This document shows, in pieces, positions 62,911 through 64,000 of a stretch of 64,000 bases of DNA. This DNA is from Dehalococcoidales bacterium. Lineage in GTDB: Bacteria > Chloroflexota > Dehalococcoidia > Dehalococcoidales > RBG-16-60-22. The stretch's first letter is position 1. Every line of letters begins with the position of its first letter. Location: positions 29,844-93,843 of the forward strand of contig DAOTYE010000001.1 in the NCBI GenBank assembly GCA_034434915.1, read 5' to 3'. Made by a program: the position numbers and the translations under genes. Under the pieces are notes generated by a model. The model did no database searches and was not told the DNA's origin. It saw only the letters and a list, made by a program, of their open reading frames with translations.

Positions 62911-64000
62911 TTACTTTATCATCATGCTCGGTAGCCAGAGAATTATCTGTGGGAAGGCAATGCAGAGTGCCAGTCCTACGAAGACGAGTACGACGAAAGG
63001 CGTGACCCCCCGGACGATGTGGATGGTGGTGATTCCCAGCTCGGGCGGAGCTACCCCCCGCAGAAAAAAGATGGCATAGGCTAGAGGAGGCGTCAGGAAA
63101 GAGGTTTGCAGGTTAACACAAACCATCATGGCAAACCAGATGGGGTCAAAGCCTAGTGCAGGTGCCAGCGGTGAAATTATAGGAACGATAATAAATAGAA
63201 TGCCGAGCCAGTCAAGGATAAAGCCGAGAATAAAAACCATAAACATGACCGCGGCAAAGCTGCCCCATTTTCCGCCGGGTGTAGCCATAATAAAGTCTCT
63301 GACCACATTGCCGCCGCCTAGTCCCAGAAATATCCCGGTGAACATATAAGCGCACACCGCAATGAATATCACCTTGCTGATAGTCCTGAGCGTCTCCCAT
63401 GCCGTATCTCTCAGCGCTTGATAGCTAAACTTGCGGTAGGCGATGGTCAAAATCACAGCGGCAGAAGCGCCTACGGCGGCAGCTTCAGTAGGAGGAGCTA
63501 TTCCCAGAAAGATGCTCCCTAGAACTGCCATAACAAGCACGGTGGGCGGCACCAGTGAGGTAAGCAGCATGGTTATTTTTTTGCCAAGCGGGACGGCTCT
63601 ATCTTGTGGTGGTACTGTCGGCGCTAAGTCAGGTTCAAAAAAACAGCGCACCGCGATGTAGCTACAATACAGCCCGGAGAGAACCAGTCCAGGGAAAACG
63701 GCTGCCATAAATAGCTTTCCCACCGAGATTTCCGCCATGGGACCATAAATGACCAGCATGATGCTCGGAGGGATGAGGATACCGAGGGTGCCTCCGGCGC
63801 AAACTGAGCCGCTGGCTAAAGCTTTGCTGTAGCCGCGTTTTACCATCGGCGGGAGAGCGATGAGTGCCAGCATGCTGACTGAGGCACCGATTACGCCAAC
63901 GCAAGCCGCAAGAATGGTACCCAGTAGCACAGTGCTTATTGCCAGACCGCCTCTTAACCCTCCGAGCCAGAGATACAGGGCATCATATAGCTTATCAGCA
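62911..64000 (-). CDS. dctM: TRAP transporter large permease (DctM-like), C-terminal about 360 aa; the 5' end lies beyond the window
   Basis: The frame stays open to the window edge (ADKLYDALYLWLGGLRGGLAISTVLLGTILAAC...). It is a multi-pass hydrophobic protein with GGTLGILIPPS, typical of DctM. Confidence 0.85.
   Translation of the reverse strand, partial: ADKLYDALYLWLGGLRGGLAISTVLLGTILAACVGVIGASVSMLALIALPPMVKRGYSKALASGSVCAGGTLGILIPPSIMLVIYGPMAEISVGKLFMAAVFPGLVLSGLYCSYIAVRCFFEPDLAPTVPPQDRAVPLGKKITMLLTSLVPPTVLVMAVLGSIFLGIAPPTEAAAVGASAAVILTIAYRKFSYQALRDTAWETLRTISKVIFIAVCAYMFTGIFLGLGGGNVVRDFIMATPGGKWGSFAAVMFMVFILGFILDWLGILFIIVPIISPLAPALGFDPIWFAMMVCVNLQTSFLTPPLAYAIFFLRGVAPPELGITTIHIVRGVTPFVVLVFVGLALCIAFPQIILWLPSMMIK

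Noticed and set aside
1-64000. Scan for CRISPR arrays, tRNA/rRNA genes, IS elements, integrases, phage or toxin-antitoxin/defence modules.
   Set aside because: No spacer-repeat periodicity, no cloverleaf-like conserved tRNA blocks in the intergenic regions, and no transposase, integrase or phage-like ORFs were seen. The only repeats are the short REP-like units and the 33-bp promoter duplication. This was a manual scan, so small elements could have been missed.

Overview
Gene-dense 64-kb chromosomal segment with about 60 CDS. GC looks mid-50s % by eye, with a few visibly AT-richer patches. Genes run mostly on the minus strand up to about 42.7 kb, on the plus strand from 42.9 to 59.5 kb, and on the minus strand again to the end. 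I recognised no rRNA, tRNA, CRISPR array, transposase, integrase or phage genes.

Gene content points to an anaerobic Chloroflexota/Dehalococcoidia-like bacterium. This rests on a DUF128/NrpR regulator, a split archaeal-type glutamate synthase, a DegV pair, an AGAAC-N4-GTTCT LexA box and a Moco operon. It is inference only, with no database search.

Housekeeping content:
- rnc, acyP, mobA-moeA-mobB, ilvC, pepA
- a tandem glycine riboswitch driving gcvH-gcvPA-gcvPB-lipB
- serA, rph, proB/proA, mfd, tlyA, purF, lexA, ilvE

Most interesting observations:
1. A 13-gene co-directional glutamine/ammonia block at 16.3-29.6 kb. Its order is fdx, hisH, FAD oxidoreductase, class-II GATase, hisF, GltS-FMN, GXGXG domain, OmpR-type regulator, amt, glnB, glnA, nadE, nrpR.
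2. Within that block, the OmpR-family regulator has lost the whole phospho-acceptor pocket. It sits next to four exactly 11-bp-phased TRTTAC hexamers in the amt promoter.
3. N-terminal remnants of plsY and of a DUF362 gene each overlap the start of an intact downstream gene.
4. A low-GC methyltransferase is split at a CUU-UAA +1 site.
5. A PflX-like radical-SAM gene has a conserved N-terminus with no canonical start codon. That N-terminus abuts the stop of a 51-aa poly-Glu-tailed ORF.
6. A family of GNRA-looped REP-like hairpins lies inside operons.
7. An orphan E1 alpha/beta bicistron has its own promoter and terminator.
8. An AsnC-linked rhaD/rhaB, CoA-transferase, DHDPS-like, KDG-kinase and TRAP island occupies the 3' end.

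All functional calls come from reading the translated ORFs against remembered family signatures. Nothing was searched or computed beyond manual counting.
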